This document shows, in pieces, positions 1 to 17,368 of a stretch of DNA of 64,000 bases (position 1 is the stretch's first letter; each line of letters opens with the position of its first letter). The translations under genes and the position numbers were made by a program. The stretch is taken from NCBI GenBank assembly GCA_965153355.1, contig OZ231126.1, positions 17,856,001-17,920,000 on the forward strand, read 5' to 3'. The DNA is from Flaccisagitta enflata. Taxonomy: Eukaryota. The notes beneath the pieces were generated by a model that saw only the letters and a list, made by a program, of their open reading frames with translations, was not told the origin of the DNA and did no database searches.

Positions 1-553
1 ACCCCCTTTATCACCACCTCGGGCACCCCTACAACGACCCAACCCCCAAAATCACCATCACATGGCGAGATTGGGATATACCAGAGGAAAGTTTAACCTA
101 AAAAATACAAAATCACCCCAAATACCCCCTTTATCACCAACTCGGGCACCCCTACAACGACCCAACCCCCAAAATCACCATCACATAGCGAGATTGGGAT
201 ATACCAGAGGAAAGTTTAACCTAAAAAATACAAAATCACCCCAAATACCCCCTTTATCACCACCTCGGGCACCCCTACAACGACCCAACCCCCAAAATCA
301 CCATCACATAGCGAGATTGGGATATACCAGAGGAAAGTTTAACCTAAAAAATACAAAATCACCCCAAATACCCCCTTTATCACCACCTCGGGCACCCCTA
401 CAACGACCCAAACCCCAAAATCACCATCACATAGCGAGATTGGGATATACCAGAGGAAAGTTTAACCTAAAAAATACAAAATCACCCCAAATACCCCCTT
501 TATCACCACCTCGGGCACCCCTACAACGACCCAACCCCCAAAATCACCATTAT
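1..553. repeat. Tandem satellite, 123-bp unit, about 4.5 near-identical copies (runs off window start)
   Basis: Unit acccccttta...atcaccccaaat restarts at 1, 124, 247, 370 and 493. The 41-aa periodicity of ORF 62..664 reflects this. Confidence 0.95.
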
Positions 554-1388
554 AAAGGCGTTATAAAGGCATTCTTGCCTATCAGGCGTAAAACTTGTTG
601 TCACACGAGAGATTTTGTAGTTATTGCTATATTGGCAACAAGGAAGCTTCACTATAAGGCATGAATTTGCCAAGTATCTTAAAATGCGCTCTAGAGAAGA
701 TTCACTCTACAACTTACGGTTCCATGAAAGATTTTGTAGTTATTTCTTTATTGGCCACAAGGCAGCTTCAATGGCATCTGAGATAATGAACCCCACTCTT
801 TTAATTGCTTTATTTACTTTTTGTTATTTCCCATCCTGGATCTGGAATACTTAAAATACTTGCCTGAATGGGAATTCTAAAAATATTCCAGTTGAACATT
901 TTTTTTCTCTTTTCAGCCTACGGCGTGACAATATTTTCTTAATCAGAATGAAGAAAAAAAAAACGATTTTGAAAGAAAAAATATAATGCTGGTAGAATTA
1001 AGATAATATGAGCTTCTCCTACGCAACGAGTGTTCTGAGGATTCTCCTATGTGCCATATGGCATGATTTTGATCAGTTCCTTGACATGCGCTTTAGTGGA
1101 GTTCAATTGTATTGTGTTTGTGTGTGTTTCGATTTCTACTAGAAATTTTCTAGTGTGATGTGATATATAACGAGCAACTGTCCTTGACATTTTATTGTCA
1201 AGGCCAATCAAGACATTGTTGATTAATCGTATCATTGCCGGCCTTGAATGTTCTGCAATTAAATGCCATTTTGAAATTTTCCCCAAAGAAGTTGTTAATT
1301 GGCGGTTGCGATGCCCTCTAGAGCGCGCGCGCACCCGCTAATAAGGCAATTATTAATCAGGTAATCATTTCTGTAATGGCAATGTAAG

Positions 1389-4342
1389 CAGGCCTGATTC
1401 TAAAGTGAGCCCGCTCTCTATTTTGCTTTCGGGCTATCATGTTTTGCTGGATGTGAGCCCAAGAGGCTCTTTCAAAGTAGGCTATATATATGATCTTTTA
1501 TTCGTGTTTAACATAGTAAGCACAGATCGTACGAGGCACATCAAAAAACTAAAACTACTACAGAGGTAAATCAGTTACGAGATAGGAATGAAAGTGCAGG
1601 GTTGCCAATTTGAGGCAGTCGATTTTCAAAAGTGCGTTTTCTCTTTGCAAATAGGTCCGTGACAGAAAGATAGCCAAAAGACTCTCTGAGCGTTTTTATG
1701 CTTTCCCATCTTTGATAAGAAAATATTCTTCGAATAGCGTCATTGACTGCAACGTGGAGTGAATGCATGTCTTTGTAGGGAAACGTGATTACATCAGAGG
1801 CATATGTAATAATTGGAATACATACACTGTAAAGTAACTTCATTTGTACCGTTTCGCTCGGGCCATGTAAAACATTTAGGATCGAATTTGTACTCCTATA
1901 GAAAGAACTACGTGATTTTGCCGGAGAGCAAGTAAAGTTGGTGCCAGATCTTAAATAAACACCCAGATATTTCCATTCTGAGACAAATTCTAGTGGAGCA
2001 CCATTAAGAGTGATTGGTGCGCATGAGAAAGACTGAAAATGTTTACCGAAATACATCAATTTGGTTTTTCTTTCATTGTATAAAATACACCATGAAAACG
2101 CGTATTCTTCACAAATGTCGAGTAATTTTTGCATTGCTTGTCTGCTGGGAGCCAACAGGCAAACATCGTCCGCATATAAAATACATGCAATGAAATAATT
2201 CAAAATCTGACATCCCATGCCAGACTTTTGTAATCAACTCGTCCATGTACACTGCCCAAAATCTGGCGCTAATTACACCACCTTGTCTTACACCAGATAT
2301 TACTGAAAATGCTTCACTAATCGAGTCATGCCATTTGCAAACACTTGTAAGATTAGAGTACCAGTAATACAAAATTCGTATCCAGCACAGATGAAATCCG
2401 CGCTTCATCAACTTTAAGAACAAGCCGCTATGACTCACTCTGTCAAAACCTTTCGTACAATCAAGGAAAGATGCGTATATATGCGAGCCATGATCGGTAA
2501 AGTAGTCAATACGTCTAACAGAATATATAGCATGACTAGTCGAATGGTGCTTTTTATAGCCAAATTGTAAATCGTCAGAAGAGAGCAAATCACCTGTTTT
2601 CAAAAGAACAGCATGTTCAAATAGAAAGGAAAAAACATGGCTGAGAGTTATCCCTCTGTAATTTTCTACAGATGATGCATCCCCTTCTGGGTCTTTAATG
2701 ATAGGTGAAATAACGCCTCGCAAAAATTCAGAAGGAACGTATCCATGTTGAATCAAGGAATTGAATAGTAAATGAAGGTGAACTACAAGTTGAGGTGAAC
2801 CGTACAAAATGTGTTCTGGTTTAATGAAGGAGCCTGAGGCTTTACCAGCTTTAACCTTGGACATGACCTGGATCATATCGTCCCATGATAAGTAATTTTT
2901 AGAAATATCGTCAGATGCATAGTCATTTATGTAAGCAGAGTAAGCCGTGGAAAAATCGCGAGTAAGCTGTCTGGCGCGATCTGAATTGGCATCATCATAG
3001 ATTTTTTTGAAGCCTGCGGCAAATTCGTTGGCGATGTCAGTATTGTCAGTCTTGCCATTAATTCTTGCCGAACTAATGTCGGTTTTGCCGTGTATGTTTT
3101 GCCACTTCTTCCAAAAACATCTATGATCGCCATCAATAAGATTCTCATGAATTCTATCACTAAGATTCTGGTCAAACAGCTTTTTCGCTTTTTTTATAGC
3201 GCATTTGTAACGAAAATGTGATTGCTTTTTCAAATCAAAAATTAAGCCCGACGGCGGTCGACCTGAATCACGCCACAATATAAATGCATCATGCGATGCC
3301 CTTTTAAGCTCGGATAGTTCTTCATTCCAGTAATCTTTCGAGATTCCTGGCCGTGAACGCGGAATACATTTGTCTGCATCACTAATAGCTGATACAATGT
3401 CGGTAAAATACTTCTCTATGGCAAATATGTGTTCGTTGCTGTCGCAACAAAAATTACCGTGAAGAAGATCGTGAAAGGGAATATTGATATTACGCAAATT
3501 ATGTTCCATCAAATCACAATATTGCAGTCTTACTTCTTCTTTTAGATATATATCGTGCTCACAAGTTGCATACATGCTAAATGTCTATGGGACCTTTTTG
3601 TGATTCAAAATGTAATCATTTTCGCATAAGTATGAACAGATAACGGCGCTAGATACAAGAATTATTCCAAAATAAGTTTTTACTCGCGGATCGGTTATTC
3701 TGTTAGAGGAATTGACCGTCAATTGTCTCGTCTGTCAGTTGTGTTCTGATTAAGTAAAACGGTGTAAAAACGTGCATTACCTTGCGTCACTTTCCCTTCA
3801 TGAATGACAAACCGCACGCCATTCCAGTTTGCGATATGCTTAGATGCCGTCCTTCCAGAAATTTGGATGGACAGATCTTGTGGCGTTCTTAGCGCATGAT
3901 GATGTTGACGTAAGTGACGACCCGATCCTCGGGTCGCCTCATATGTTGAGTTACGTTACGGCAACCTTTTTCTTATCACGAGTTTTTAAAGACACCTAAA
4001 TATATCGTGGATTCTTTTATACAATGGTTCTACAACATAAAATCCACTAGCTCAAGTCAGATAAAAGGCCGTTTATTGCGGAAAAAAAAGTTGAAAACTG
4101 ACAATAGTACTTGGTTTATTCCACCAAATAGATTTTGATGATGGCAAACTGGTCTCGATCAGTAATCTTTAGGAGAAGTCTTTATCTTTCGCTCAAATAA
4201 AATGTTTCCCTTAGTTACTTCAATATGCAAATTAGGGTTTTATTACATTCTTTATCTGGCTCACTGTTTCGGTCGGGCTCAATCAAATTGTGAGAAGTGA
4301 GCCAGGAAGGTTCACTCAAAGAAATAGCTAAAGCCAGGCCTG
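1389..4342. mobile_element. Non-autonomous hAT-type DNA transposon hosting a LINE insertion
   Basis: Termini CAGGCCTG...CAGGCCTG; 8-bp flanks aatgtaag (1381-1388) and aatataag (4343-4350) with one mismatch; subterminal GTGAGCC/GGCTCAC motifs at both ends. Confidence 0.65.
1484..3575 (-). pseudogene. 5'-truncated L2/CR1-group (Daphne/Crack-like) LINE ORF2 fragment, reverse transcriptase, frameshifted
   Basis: ORFs 2109..3575 and 1571..2218 carry NYRGITL, QFGY, FLDCTKGFDRV, GVRQGG, YADD and KYLGV; frameshift near 2220; AATAAA and short (TA)n tail on the minus strand near 1484-1502. Clearly related to ORF2 at 50360-53137. Confidence 0.92.
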
Positions 4343-5129
4343 AATATAAGGCAGCATTATTTTAAGGCATCATTTGGCTCAGTCCCTTGTCATGCGGCCT
4401 AGTGATGTCCAACTGTAGATGTCCACTATCATCCGACTGTATTCTTATTTTTGCGTTCATCCAATTTCATCTCTGTCCCTTTTATAGTTTAAATCCTTTC
4501 GGCCCTTCTCACTCCAAAGCCTCAACCTACGTTTTCCACCTACCGCATCCCTGACGCCATTTTTGTCCCAGCAGCCTATTAGTTTCGTCATCTCCCTTCA
4601 GCCCTTCCACCTTCCTCCTTTCCACCATCAACCCTTCACCACATTCCCTATCCCTGACAACCATCTAAGTCCCAGTAGCCCTTCTTTCACGCGACTTCAC
4701 GTTGCTGTTTTGGTTGGTCCGTCACGTGTTTAAATTGTGAGCGGCCCAACCATCTGCAACTGGGGTGCCGTGTATCCGACCGGATTCGTTGTATCCCTTC
4801 AGCCCCTCCACCATCAGCTCTTAACCGCCTTCCCCATCAACGATAATATTTTTGGCCCAGAATTTTGTCATCTACCTTCAGCTCTTCCACCTTCAGCCCT
4901 GCACCACTTTCCCCATCCTTAACCTCATTCGATCCACCACCGGATTTTCGATCCACCGAAGTTAATTTGCTTTTACTATATACCTTTCGCAAGGGAAGAA
5001 AAAAAGGATAAAAAAAAAGTGAAAATAGAAAGACAGAAACGATTTTTCGTGATTTTTGTTTACGTTATATAGGGTTACAGGGAACAAATGAGAATTTGGG
5101 CGACATCTTACGCACAACCAATTTTGTGG

Positions 5130-5336
5130 TTTAGTCGCGTGCTACGCGACTCTACACCTCGCTATGTCGGTCGGTCAGTCGGTTAATCCGTTGGTCGGTT
5201 GGTCCCCTTTTTACTTTTTCGTCGTTTTTGAGCTTTCTGAGACTACTGCTCCTGACCAAATGCTGTGGTGACCTTCTCCAGCACTGCTCCTGCCCACCCG
5301 CACGCGACTGGGGTTGCCGTGTATCCGGCCTTGTTT
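5130..5336 (+). mobile_element. Helentron-associated non-autonomous element (HINE/DINE-1-like), family A
   Basis: T-run + AGTCGCGTGC subTIR + ACGCGACT partial IR, (GGTC)n microsatellite, 3' subTIR GCACGCGACT, GCCGTGTATCCGGC hairpin, TTGTTT end, no TSD. Confidence 0.8.
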
Positions 5337-5439
5337 ATCGTGATGTGAGATGGTTACCGTAACAATGTACATTACTACAAAATTTGTTAGTACTGAACAG
5401 CCATGCACTCTGAGCCTTCGGCTTATTTTGGTGGTACTA

Positions 5440-6055
5440 CTACCTAGGAAAAAAGTCTTCGTTCACTTGATGAGGATGTTCATTGAATGAATAAATATCA
5501 AGTAGTTTTGGGTTTTCTCTCTTTCTATACTTTATCTGATGTCCCGCCTGGGTTATGACTGCTTCTATTTGGCTTAGAGACTGTTTTCTGAGTTCTAAAA
5601 CAAATTATGCCAAGACATGTCACTGCAGATTTTAGCGCATTTTCTTTTTCAGCCATTCAGTTGACATCATTTATTCTTCCTGTTCCAGAGGCTTAGTTTT
5701 AGGCAAAACGTTTTGAACTGTAGTGAAATCGGGACTTAATGGGACACTCATATGTTGAATGATATAAAAATCCTTATTGATATAGTTTATCTACTAAAAC
5801 AATGTTATGACTTCCATGCTGACAAATGCGCTTTCCAAACCAGATTCACCTCTGAATTTCCTGCATTTTCAAAAAAGGGTAGTCATCTTCAAATAGCTCT
5901 CATTTCTAAACGCTTTGAGCCAGAGGAATGGGATTGGTCCCAAATGATAGATCTTTCGCAGTAGTTTCTGAATCTCACCAATTTTTCCTACTTATCATTT
6001 CTAGAAGTTTATTTATTATTTCTTTAAGGTGAACGAAGACTTATTTCCTAGGTAG
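5440..6055. mobile_element. Tc1/mariner-type MITE
   Basis: About 27-bp TIR CTACCTAGGAAA(A/T)AAGTCTTCGTTCAC, flanked by TA on both sides. Confidence 0.85.
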
Positions 6056-6456
6056 TACTACAAAGAATTGATAATCATCAAAAAATAAAGCAATGTCTCG
6101 TTTTCATCACGTTTCGCGATTAGTGCTTCAGTACTTAGAATTTTAGCGTCGGACTTCCAACTGTGGTTTCGCGTATTTTCCTAACGATTTCTCCGGAGAA
6201 TTAATGGTAAGAAGGAAATATGCTGTAGAAAGAAGAAATGAGGAGATTGCAAGATTCAAGATTTCAGAAATGGGGATGAGGTGGAGGGGGGGGGGAAGAT
6301 GAGGGTAAAGAAGGTGCAAATGCGCCCTGAAACCCTGAAACCCTAAATGCCTCCGCGGGTTCAAAAGTACAACTGGAAATGATTACAAAAACACTAAATT
6401 CTGATAAATGCTTCCAAGCTGGAAATTAGGGGATTTTCCTTGACGGAATGAAAGAG

Positions 6457-6501
<45 letters not shown>

Positions 6502-7007
6502 ACACACACACACACACACACACACAACCAGATAGACAGACAGACAGTCAGAGTCACAGACCGCAGAAAATATGATAATCAGACACATAGACTAGTGAAC
6601 GCACAGACAGGCAAACAAGTACGTAAAAAAAACAAATAGACTGATAGGATAACAGAAAGCCAGACAGACAATCGAAAAAACTGGATAAACTGAGTAAATA
6701 AGTTGGTCGAGGGATCATAAAAAAGACACTTACATTACCAAAAAAACTCTTTTTGATGAGGACCGACGGACATTATTACGTAACAGAAGCAGGGCAGTTT
6801 CTTCGATCTTGGATTTTAGTGAGGCAACTATTGATTATCGCCATCAAGCAGAATTGAGGTTAACGAGGCTTCGGAAAAGTGGTGCATCTTCATTTGTCAG
6901 CGCGAAGAGGTCATCAAATCGTCAACATCACCGCTTTCATAATTAATCCCTCATTCCGAAGCTCATCGACCAGAACGTGAACGACGTCGACGACGACGAC
7001 GAGAAAA

Positions 7008-7300
7008 GGGGGGGGGGTTAGCTCAGGGGTAGAATACTCGCCCTCAGCCCACTGGGTGGCGAGTTCGAGCCTCGCAAACGAAAGTTGAAAGGCTCAACCT
7101 AGCAATGAGGTTCGAGGATGGGTTTCCTGGTGAATACCAGTGTAAATAGCTAGCTAGCGGGAAGGGTAGGCCGTAGGACGTCACGATGATATGATAATTG
7201 GGAATCTGACACCAAAAAGACCCGATGGCGCCGCCCAAGTGGTGGGTTGATCACAAACAGCGCTCAAATCGCCCGGTGATTCCCCCGGTTAACAACAACG
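7008..7300 (+). mobile_element. tRNA-derived SINE
   Basis: Pol III A-box-like TAGCTCAGGGG (7019) and B-box-like GAGTTCGAGCC (7061) at tRNA spacing, about 230-bp body, (AAC)n 3' tail. Confidence 0.7.
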
Positions 7301-7305
7301 GCGAG

Positions 7306-7452
<147 letters not shown>

Positions 7453-7721
7453 CTGGCGACGCTGCAGCAGCTATCAGTTTCCACTTTCCAGGCTAATGCG
7501 GGATTTCTCCATTTTTCAGGGATTCTTTCGTCATAATTCAGGAGAATAGAAAAATGAAAAATAAATATTCTGGCTGATGCTTTTAGCTTTGAGTTCGTGA
7601 TGAAATGAGGTAGAATTTCTGAATTCCAACATGATTCGAAAATTGAGTCAAAACCGTCTTCAAATTAACCCTAAAAATTCACTCTCCTTATCCATCTGGG
7701 TTATCCATAATGATGTGAGAT

Positions 7722-7724
7722 AAG

Positions 7725-7794
<70 letters not shown>

Positions 7795-7920
7795 TAAGAA
7801 AGAAAGAAAGAAAAAAAGAAAGAAAGAAAGAAAGAAAGAAAGGAAGGAAGAAAGAAAGTCAAAAAGAAAGAAAGACAGAAAGAAAGAAAGAAAGAAAGAA
7901 AGAAAAAAAGAAAGAAAGAA

Positions 7921-8011
<91 letters not shown>

Positions 8012-8045
8012 AAAAAAGAAAGAAAAAAAGAAAGAAAAAGAAACA
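7722..8045. repeat. Compound (GAAA)n/(GACA)n microsatellite
   Basis: Direct reading. Confidence 0.95.
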
Positions 8046-8448
8046 TAAAAAAAAACTGAAAAACAGAATGGGAAAATCCATCAACATTCTTTTATCTGTT
8101 TCCGTTTCTCGTTAAGTCAGGAATTCTCATGTTCGTCAATCGTCGATGGCCACTCATTGACGGGTGAATCTGTCGCCTCTTATATTTTCAGTCGCGTGCT
8201 ACCTGACTCTACAACTCACTTTGTCCGCCCAGCTGTCCGTCCCTCCGTCCCTCCGTCCGTCTCTCGTTTGTCGCAATGTCCTCTTTTAGTCTTTTTCTTG
8301 AACAATTCTTGAGATTCTAACAGTCATTATGAATGGGCAATAGGTACCCATAAATTTATGGAAAAAAAAGTGACCATAAATTTATGGCAGAAAAACGCTG
8401 TTTTTTATGATTTTCTTTGGAATCATAAAACATGATATGTTTTTTGGA

Positions 8449-8713
<265 letters not shown>

Positions 8714-9175
8714 AAAAGTCGTTTTACCGCTCTCTACCGGTCTCCATCACACGGTAGTTTTGAATCTGAATCATCGTTGATGTCGGTTCGTCAATTATTA
8801 TGTATTAATCATTCCAGGCCATTGGTTCATTTTTATCGCTCATGGCTTAGTTTACCACTCCCTCCCTTACAGCTCCTTGGTGAAGTTGAGCTTCACTAGA
8901 GCGCATGCCAAGGGATTGGACGAAACTATGCCTTATACTGAAGCTGCCTTATTGCCAACAAAGAAATAACGGCAAAATCTCTCAAGAGACAGTGAGTCAA
9001 ATACCTTTTAAGCGGGCGTGCCTTATTAGCGGGTGCGTTCTAGCGGTGCTCCACTGTAATTGTATGTCCCCCGTCCCCCGTTTCCTCCTTTTCCATTTAA
9101 TGCCAATGATTCTTTTCCTCTTCACCATCATTTCCTTGTCAAATCCTTTAGGAATACTGATTGCTGCTCTGAAAC

Positions 9176-9510
<335 letters not shown>

Positions 9511-9519
9511 TGCGTGTGT

Positions 9520-9729
<210 letters not shown>

Positions 9730-9866
9730 TTAAACAGTCGGTCGTATTACCGCTCTCTACCGATCTCCATCACATGGTAGTTTTGAATCTGAATCATTGT
9801 TAATGCCGGTTAGTTAATCAATCGTTCCAGCTCCAGGCCATTGGATTTCAGTAAATCGCGGCATAA

Positions 9867-10088
9867 TTTTTCGTCGCGGACACGGGACTCTACACCTCGC
9901 CGTGTCAGTCCGTCCGTCAGTCCGTCTGTCCATCCGTTCGTCCGTCCGTCCGTCCGTCCGTCCGTCCATCCGTCTGTCCGTCCGTCCGTCCGTCATAATT
10001 CTAAATTGCGAGCAGTTTTTTTCAATATTGCCCCTGCCCAAGCAGCCCAACCATCCGCGACTGTCCTGCCGTGTATTCGACCTTGTTT
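9867..10088 (+). mobile_element. HINE/DINE-1-like element, family A
   Basis: GTCGCGGA subTIR, (GTCC)n, TCCGCGACT, gccgtgtatt..ccttgttt end. Confidence 0.75.
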
Positions 10089-10651
10089 CCCTCACTTTTT
10101 TTGCGTAGTTATTAATTCATGCCGTTTTTATCGAGAGACGAATTCATCAGAGGCATCACTGCAATTTGTCTCGTTCGGTATAAAAAAGAATGGCTAACGG
10201 AGGATTTCATGAAAAAAAAACCGGACAAAAATGGTGTTCTGATCCCCAAGTTGGCCTGGATAGTGGATACGCTGCAGTGATGAGATTCATGGGTGGAAAA
10301 ATTTTAACGCCGAGTTGCTGACAGTCAAGATGTTTTTTACGTCGACTTAATTAAAGTCACTACCGCTTGGTCCGTCCAACAGGATGTTGACCGGTCTTTC
10401 AGCTCAGCGCACATCTGCGATCAACTATGCCAACGATCAACATTGTAATTAGACTAATTAGATCGCTTGTGGCAAACACATGTCAATGTCTACTTAGAAA
10501 AAAAGCACCTGAACGCCTCTTGGCACACCAGCAACATCTATCTTTAACGCGCGTAGGCGTGGGGGCGTAGTTAGTGACAAAAAAGACAGATGGATAGACA
10601 CACACTCACATGTTAGGGGAAGGATAATGTTCAGATATTTATCATTACCAG

Positions 10652-12744
<2,093 letters not shown>

Positions 12745-13753
12745 GGCAGAGAGTAAGATGGAAACAAAGAAACAAAGAGATATCGGAAGGAAAAAGCAGA
12801 GGATACTAACTGGCTTGCATCAGGATAGAAGTAAATTTCCCATGAGGCAGAGAAAAACATGAAGAATAAACAAGTTCATCAGAACGCCAGCGTTAAATCA
12901 ACGTCAGAACAATCAACGCGAGGTTCCAATAACGTCACAGACAGATGGGGACAGCCGACAGGGGCGGAAATGCGCCTGTTTACTCGATGGTTACGTATGA
13001 ACCAATGCTTGTATACTCGATGGTTATGTACCAACGGACCAAGTAACTGACGGACGGACAAAGCTAGTCCGCGACTTGAACTAAACAAAAAAGAAAAAAA
13101 GATACTTTGAAAAACCTTTTAAGCCACGGAAACGCGACTCTACACGTTGCTGTGTCGATCCCTCTGCCCGATGATCTGTAACATTTCTGAATTCTGAGTT
13201 CTGAGCGCTTTTTGCATTACTGCCCTTACCCAACTGTCCGCGACTGAGGTGCCGTGTATCTGGCCTTGTTCACTTTTAATGGACTTTTACGAACTTAACA
13301 ATGAAAAAAATGTGCAATAAGGGTTATTTAGTTACAATAGGTCGGATGGGTGGATGGATGAACAGACCGAGGGACAGACAGAGTTGCGTATCACCCGACG
13401 GAAAAAATGGTGGAAGTCTCTTGAATACTCTTGAGTAAACGAAGATTGGCAAGTCAAAGTCGCGCAGACTGCAGCTGCGGAGGCATGATTGGAATTTCTA
13501 AGCGCAAAGGGAGTCCATCGGTGTATGGGAGAAGTATGACAACCGCTTCAATCACAGTAGCTTATCACCTTACCTTGTATTTGGAAAGTGTTCTTAGTCA
13601 ACACCGTACACTAGGCTGCAAAAAAGTTTTGATTATTTTACCTGCTAGCATTAGCAAGGTAAAATTGCATCTTTTTTAGTAGATTCATATGCATTTATGA
13701 TATATTTTGCTGTAAAGCATTCTGAAAAGTTATTTCAAATTTGTTGTTGTTGT

Positions 13754-13964
13754 TTTTTTTCAGTCGCGTGCTACGCGACTCTATACCCCGCTTTGTCCGT
13801 CCGTTGGTTGGTCGGTTGGTCAGTCAGTTAGTCCCCTTTTTACTTTTTTGGCGTTTTTGAGCGTCTTGAGCTTAGTGCTTCTGCCAAATGCCCCAGTGAC
13901 CTTTTCTATCACTGCCCCTGCCCACCCGCACGCGACTAGGGTAACCGTGTATCCAGCCTTGTTT
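13754..13964 (+). mobile_element. HINE/DINE-1-like element, family A
   Basis: Same architecture as 5130-5336; a further degraded copy lies at 13118-13270. Confidence 0.8.
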
Positions 13965-15450
13965 CATGGAAAATGTGATCTTAAAGTGGACAGATTTTCC
14001 CGGTCTTCAACCGGGATTTCAGCTGAAGTCCTCAAATCCCTTATCATGCACCGATGACGGAGTCTATGAAAGCGTCAGACCGCGACCGGGGAAAGTTCAT
14101 GAAATGTCATGAACATCGCCAACGACATGTTGAAAAATGATTGTAAACAATGCAATGATGTAGATACCGGGTGGACATAAAAAAGGTAGCTCTGTACCAG
14201 ATAAAATAAAAACTGTATCCTATTGCTTATTATGTGAATATTTGAATTAGTAATTCTCTGAATTTATAAAAAATACTTAGAATATATAAATTTAAATTAT
14301 GTATGATAAACCAAAATAACTTTTTCTGAGCATTATTGCCTGTTTATAACCAAAAGTAATAATTGATTAATATTAGTGTTTTTGGTGTGCATTAGGTTTT
14401 TTTTTAAGAAGTCTTGGTTTCTATACTTCCCTAAGACACACTTTGACTTGACTATCTTCATTCTAAAGTAAATTTTGTTAAAATCATTGATTTTAAGTCA
14501 AATTTAAGTAAAATTCTTTAAGTGGTCCGTAATTCAATTCAGTTTTTTAAAAATAAAATGAAAAATATTGTTTCTCATAATAAATGTTCATAATAGAACA
14601 TGTTAGCGACAATTATATCTAGGTAGCTAAAAAAAAAATTTTTACTTAGGAGAAATTTTAAAGGTGTTATCAAAAAAATAAAAAAGCTACCTCTTTAAAG
14701 ACCACCCGTTATCAAGTATCAACAGCGGGCACGCGACCACAGCCTGCCGTCTTATTTCGCTTAAGTCTGTGACACTTTTGCCATTTCTCTTTGAACAAAG
14801 TGATGCGCGATTTTGAAAAATATTCATCTCTAGCACAATTGATACAGGAAAAATTCCACAGCCGAAAAGCGCTAAAGATGGCGTTTCTGAAAATGGTGCA
14901 ACGTAAAGCGATGAGGGGACGCATCTTAAAAAATAACGTCGAAAATATGTTTCATAACGGTGATGCCACTAAAAAATAGGCACGATGCGAGGCTCTTTTT
15001 TTTTTAATTTTTCTTAGGAAATAGATACAACAAAACAGAGACAGAAAGAAGGAGGTCGAGATGACGAAAACCCCGAAAAAAAATGTTTCAAGTCAAATTT
15101 GGCAGAAGAGCGGATTTTAAAGGGAAGGAAACGAAACTGCGAAAACCGGTCTTCGCTGCCACGCTCACTCAATTCCATTTACCTTTAATCGACTTCATCT
15201 CTGTACTGAGATTCTCTCTCTCCCTGTCTCTGTTATTAGGTACGACAAAGCACCTCTATAACTGGCTCTGTCCGTTGTTCTGTCTGTAACGCATTCGTCC
15301 GACGATCCACACGTCGCACCTTATTGGCCTACTTGGCCTTGTTCGAAATTTCTTTTTGTCTTCATCAGCCCGTTTGTCTGGATATGCCGGTCGGTCCGTC
15401 CCTGTTTTTGTCAGTTGATTTATTTGTCTCATTGTACATGTTATTTTTAC

Positions 15451-15509
<59 letters not shown>

Positions 15510-15512
<3 letters not shown>

Positions 15513-15896
15513 GGTGGTGTAGCAATACTCGTACGAAATGACTTTTCTCTGAATACGGCGATTCATAAATCCGATCGTGGCATCGAAATCATTTGGGTTA
15601 GTGTCCGACGTAAAGGAAAACCACCTTTCATGATTGGCACTTACTATGGAAGACAAGAACAAATAAAGAAAAACGAAATCGAGCAAGAAATGCAACTTTT
15701 AACAGAAGAAATTGAAGACATGAAAAATGAAGGAGAAATCCTCATTGCCATGGATGGCAATGCAAAGTTAGGACTTCTTGGCGAGGAAATCAGTCGCAAC
15801 GGACATGCTCTAAAACGAACTTTTGACGTTACTGACCTATTCATACTAAATCAAAGCGAAAAATGCAAAGGCAAAGTAACACGACGAAATACGCAA
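15510..15896 (+). pseudogene. LINE ORF segment 1 (APE endonuclease, partial)
   Basis: GGGVAILVRN...AMDGNAKLG...KGKVTRRNTQ; cut by the hAT insertion. Confidence 0.88.
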
Positions 15897-16445
15897 TAGG
15901 GCGGTCACCTTGGGGGTCATTTGAGGTCAAATTTCAGAGCTCTTCCGCCAACTAACCAGGCACTCTATGTGGAATTTAAAAAGGAATTGAGGCAAGCGGA
16001 GGTCGGTATCTTTACAAAAAACCCGCACGGTAACGTTTGCCCCAGTACAAAACAGTGGTGACGCTTTTTTTTTTCTTCATTTGGATACAGGAATCACTTC
16101 TAGAGCTCTTATCTTCCGAACGAATTGTCTTACAACTTCCATCATGGTCCCATTTTGAAGATATCAAATAGATCTTTAAAATGGGCCCAATCTTGGATCT
16201 GTAGGTCAATTCGTTTAGAAGTTACACTATTTAAATGTTCATGCTAACATTTGATATGCATAAAACCGCTATTTCTGTTGTCTCTCCTCATGCCTATCAC
16301 CTCTTATGGCTTCCCACATTCTTCCATTCTATTGAACGTTCATTCATTCATTCATTCATACATTCATTCATTCATTCAAACGCAGAACACATTTTTTATT
16401 ACATTCAAATGAACTCATGTGAAATGCCAAACAACCTCCATCATG

Positions 16446-16609
16446 AACAAGGCCGTATACACTCCCCCTCAGTTGCGGACGGGTACGCAGGAGCGGTATG
16501 GCAAAAAACGCTCTCATTATGTTTTGGTTACCGACGAACCGACGGACCGACGGACCGACCAACCAACCAACCGACGCAGCAAGGTCTAGAGTCGCGGGTC
16601 CGCGACTAA
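16446..16609 (-). mobile_element. HINE/DINE-1-like element, family A
   Basis: aacaaggccgtatac ... (GACC)n ... gagtcgcgggtccgcgactaa, the reverse orientation of family A. Confidence 0.72.
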
Positions 16610-17301
16610 CAATACAAAATTATGCAATCAATACTGTAATACAAAATTTCATTCAAAATCTGATTTTTGTTCAAGCTTAGGTCGTTTTTGGCGGTTTTTA
16701 GGTGCGCCATAGCACCTCTATAACTAGCTCTGTCTGTCAGTTGGTTGGTTGGTTGGTCGGTCGGTTGGTTGGTCACGCTCAAGTTGAAATTCTCAAAAAG
16801 AAGCAAAAATCACTGGAAATGATTCAGAAATATGAAGTGATGATTTTTCGGTGACCCATAGCACCTCTATAAGAGGTTCTGTCTGTCCGTCCGTTCGTCC
16901 GTCCGTCCGTTCGTCCATCCATCCGTCACGCTCGAATGAAAAATCGCTAAAAATGTTTAAGATCAAATAATCTATTGAAAGCTCATTTTGTTCATCATTG
17001 ATGATACTCGTCATTTCATCCACTATAGCAATCAGCTATGGACCCCTATGGTTAGGTCTGATAGAGCTGGGATAGGTCTGATAGAGCTGGTGATAGGTCG
17101 GGTAGGTCTAATAGAGCCGGGGATAGGTCTGATAGAGCTTGGGATAGGTCTGATAGGGCGGTGAATCTATATACTTTTGTAGGGCTTCATCTGAGATCTT
17201 TCGTAAAATTGGCAGTGACGTAACCAATTCGGTTTCCCAATTGATCATGGAATCAAAAGTCGAAGCTTCATAAACTGGCTTTGGAACTTGGAAGTTCCTG
17301 A

Positions 17302-17368
<67 letters not shown>

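Noticed and set aside
62-664. 200-aa ORF with a 41-aa repeat
   Set aside because: By-product of a 123-bp satellite (a multiple of 3); no domain or splice evidence.
7015-7085. Possible tRNA gene
   Set aside because: No convincing acceptor stem or oligo-T terminator; continues into a SINE-like body.
8872-8970. Acceptor-like TTACAG followed by a frame reading MPYTEAAL (P450-like)
   Set aside because: No ExxR motif, stop follows within a few codons, no other exons; probably chance.
13574-13615. Minus-strand segment bounded by AG and GTAAG
   Set aside because: Stops in all three frames and no supporting neighbouring exons.
14186-14695. AT-rich block bounded by GGTAGCT/AGCTACC
   Set aside because: Only a 7-8 bp inverted match and no TSD.
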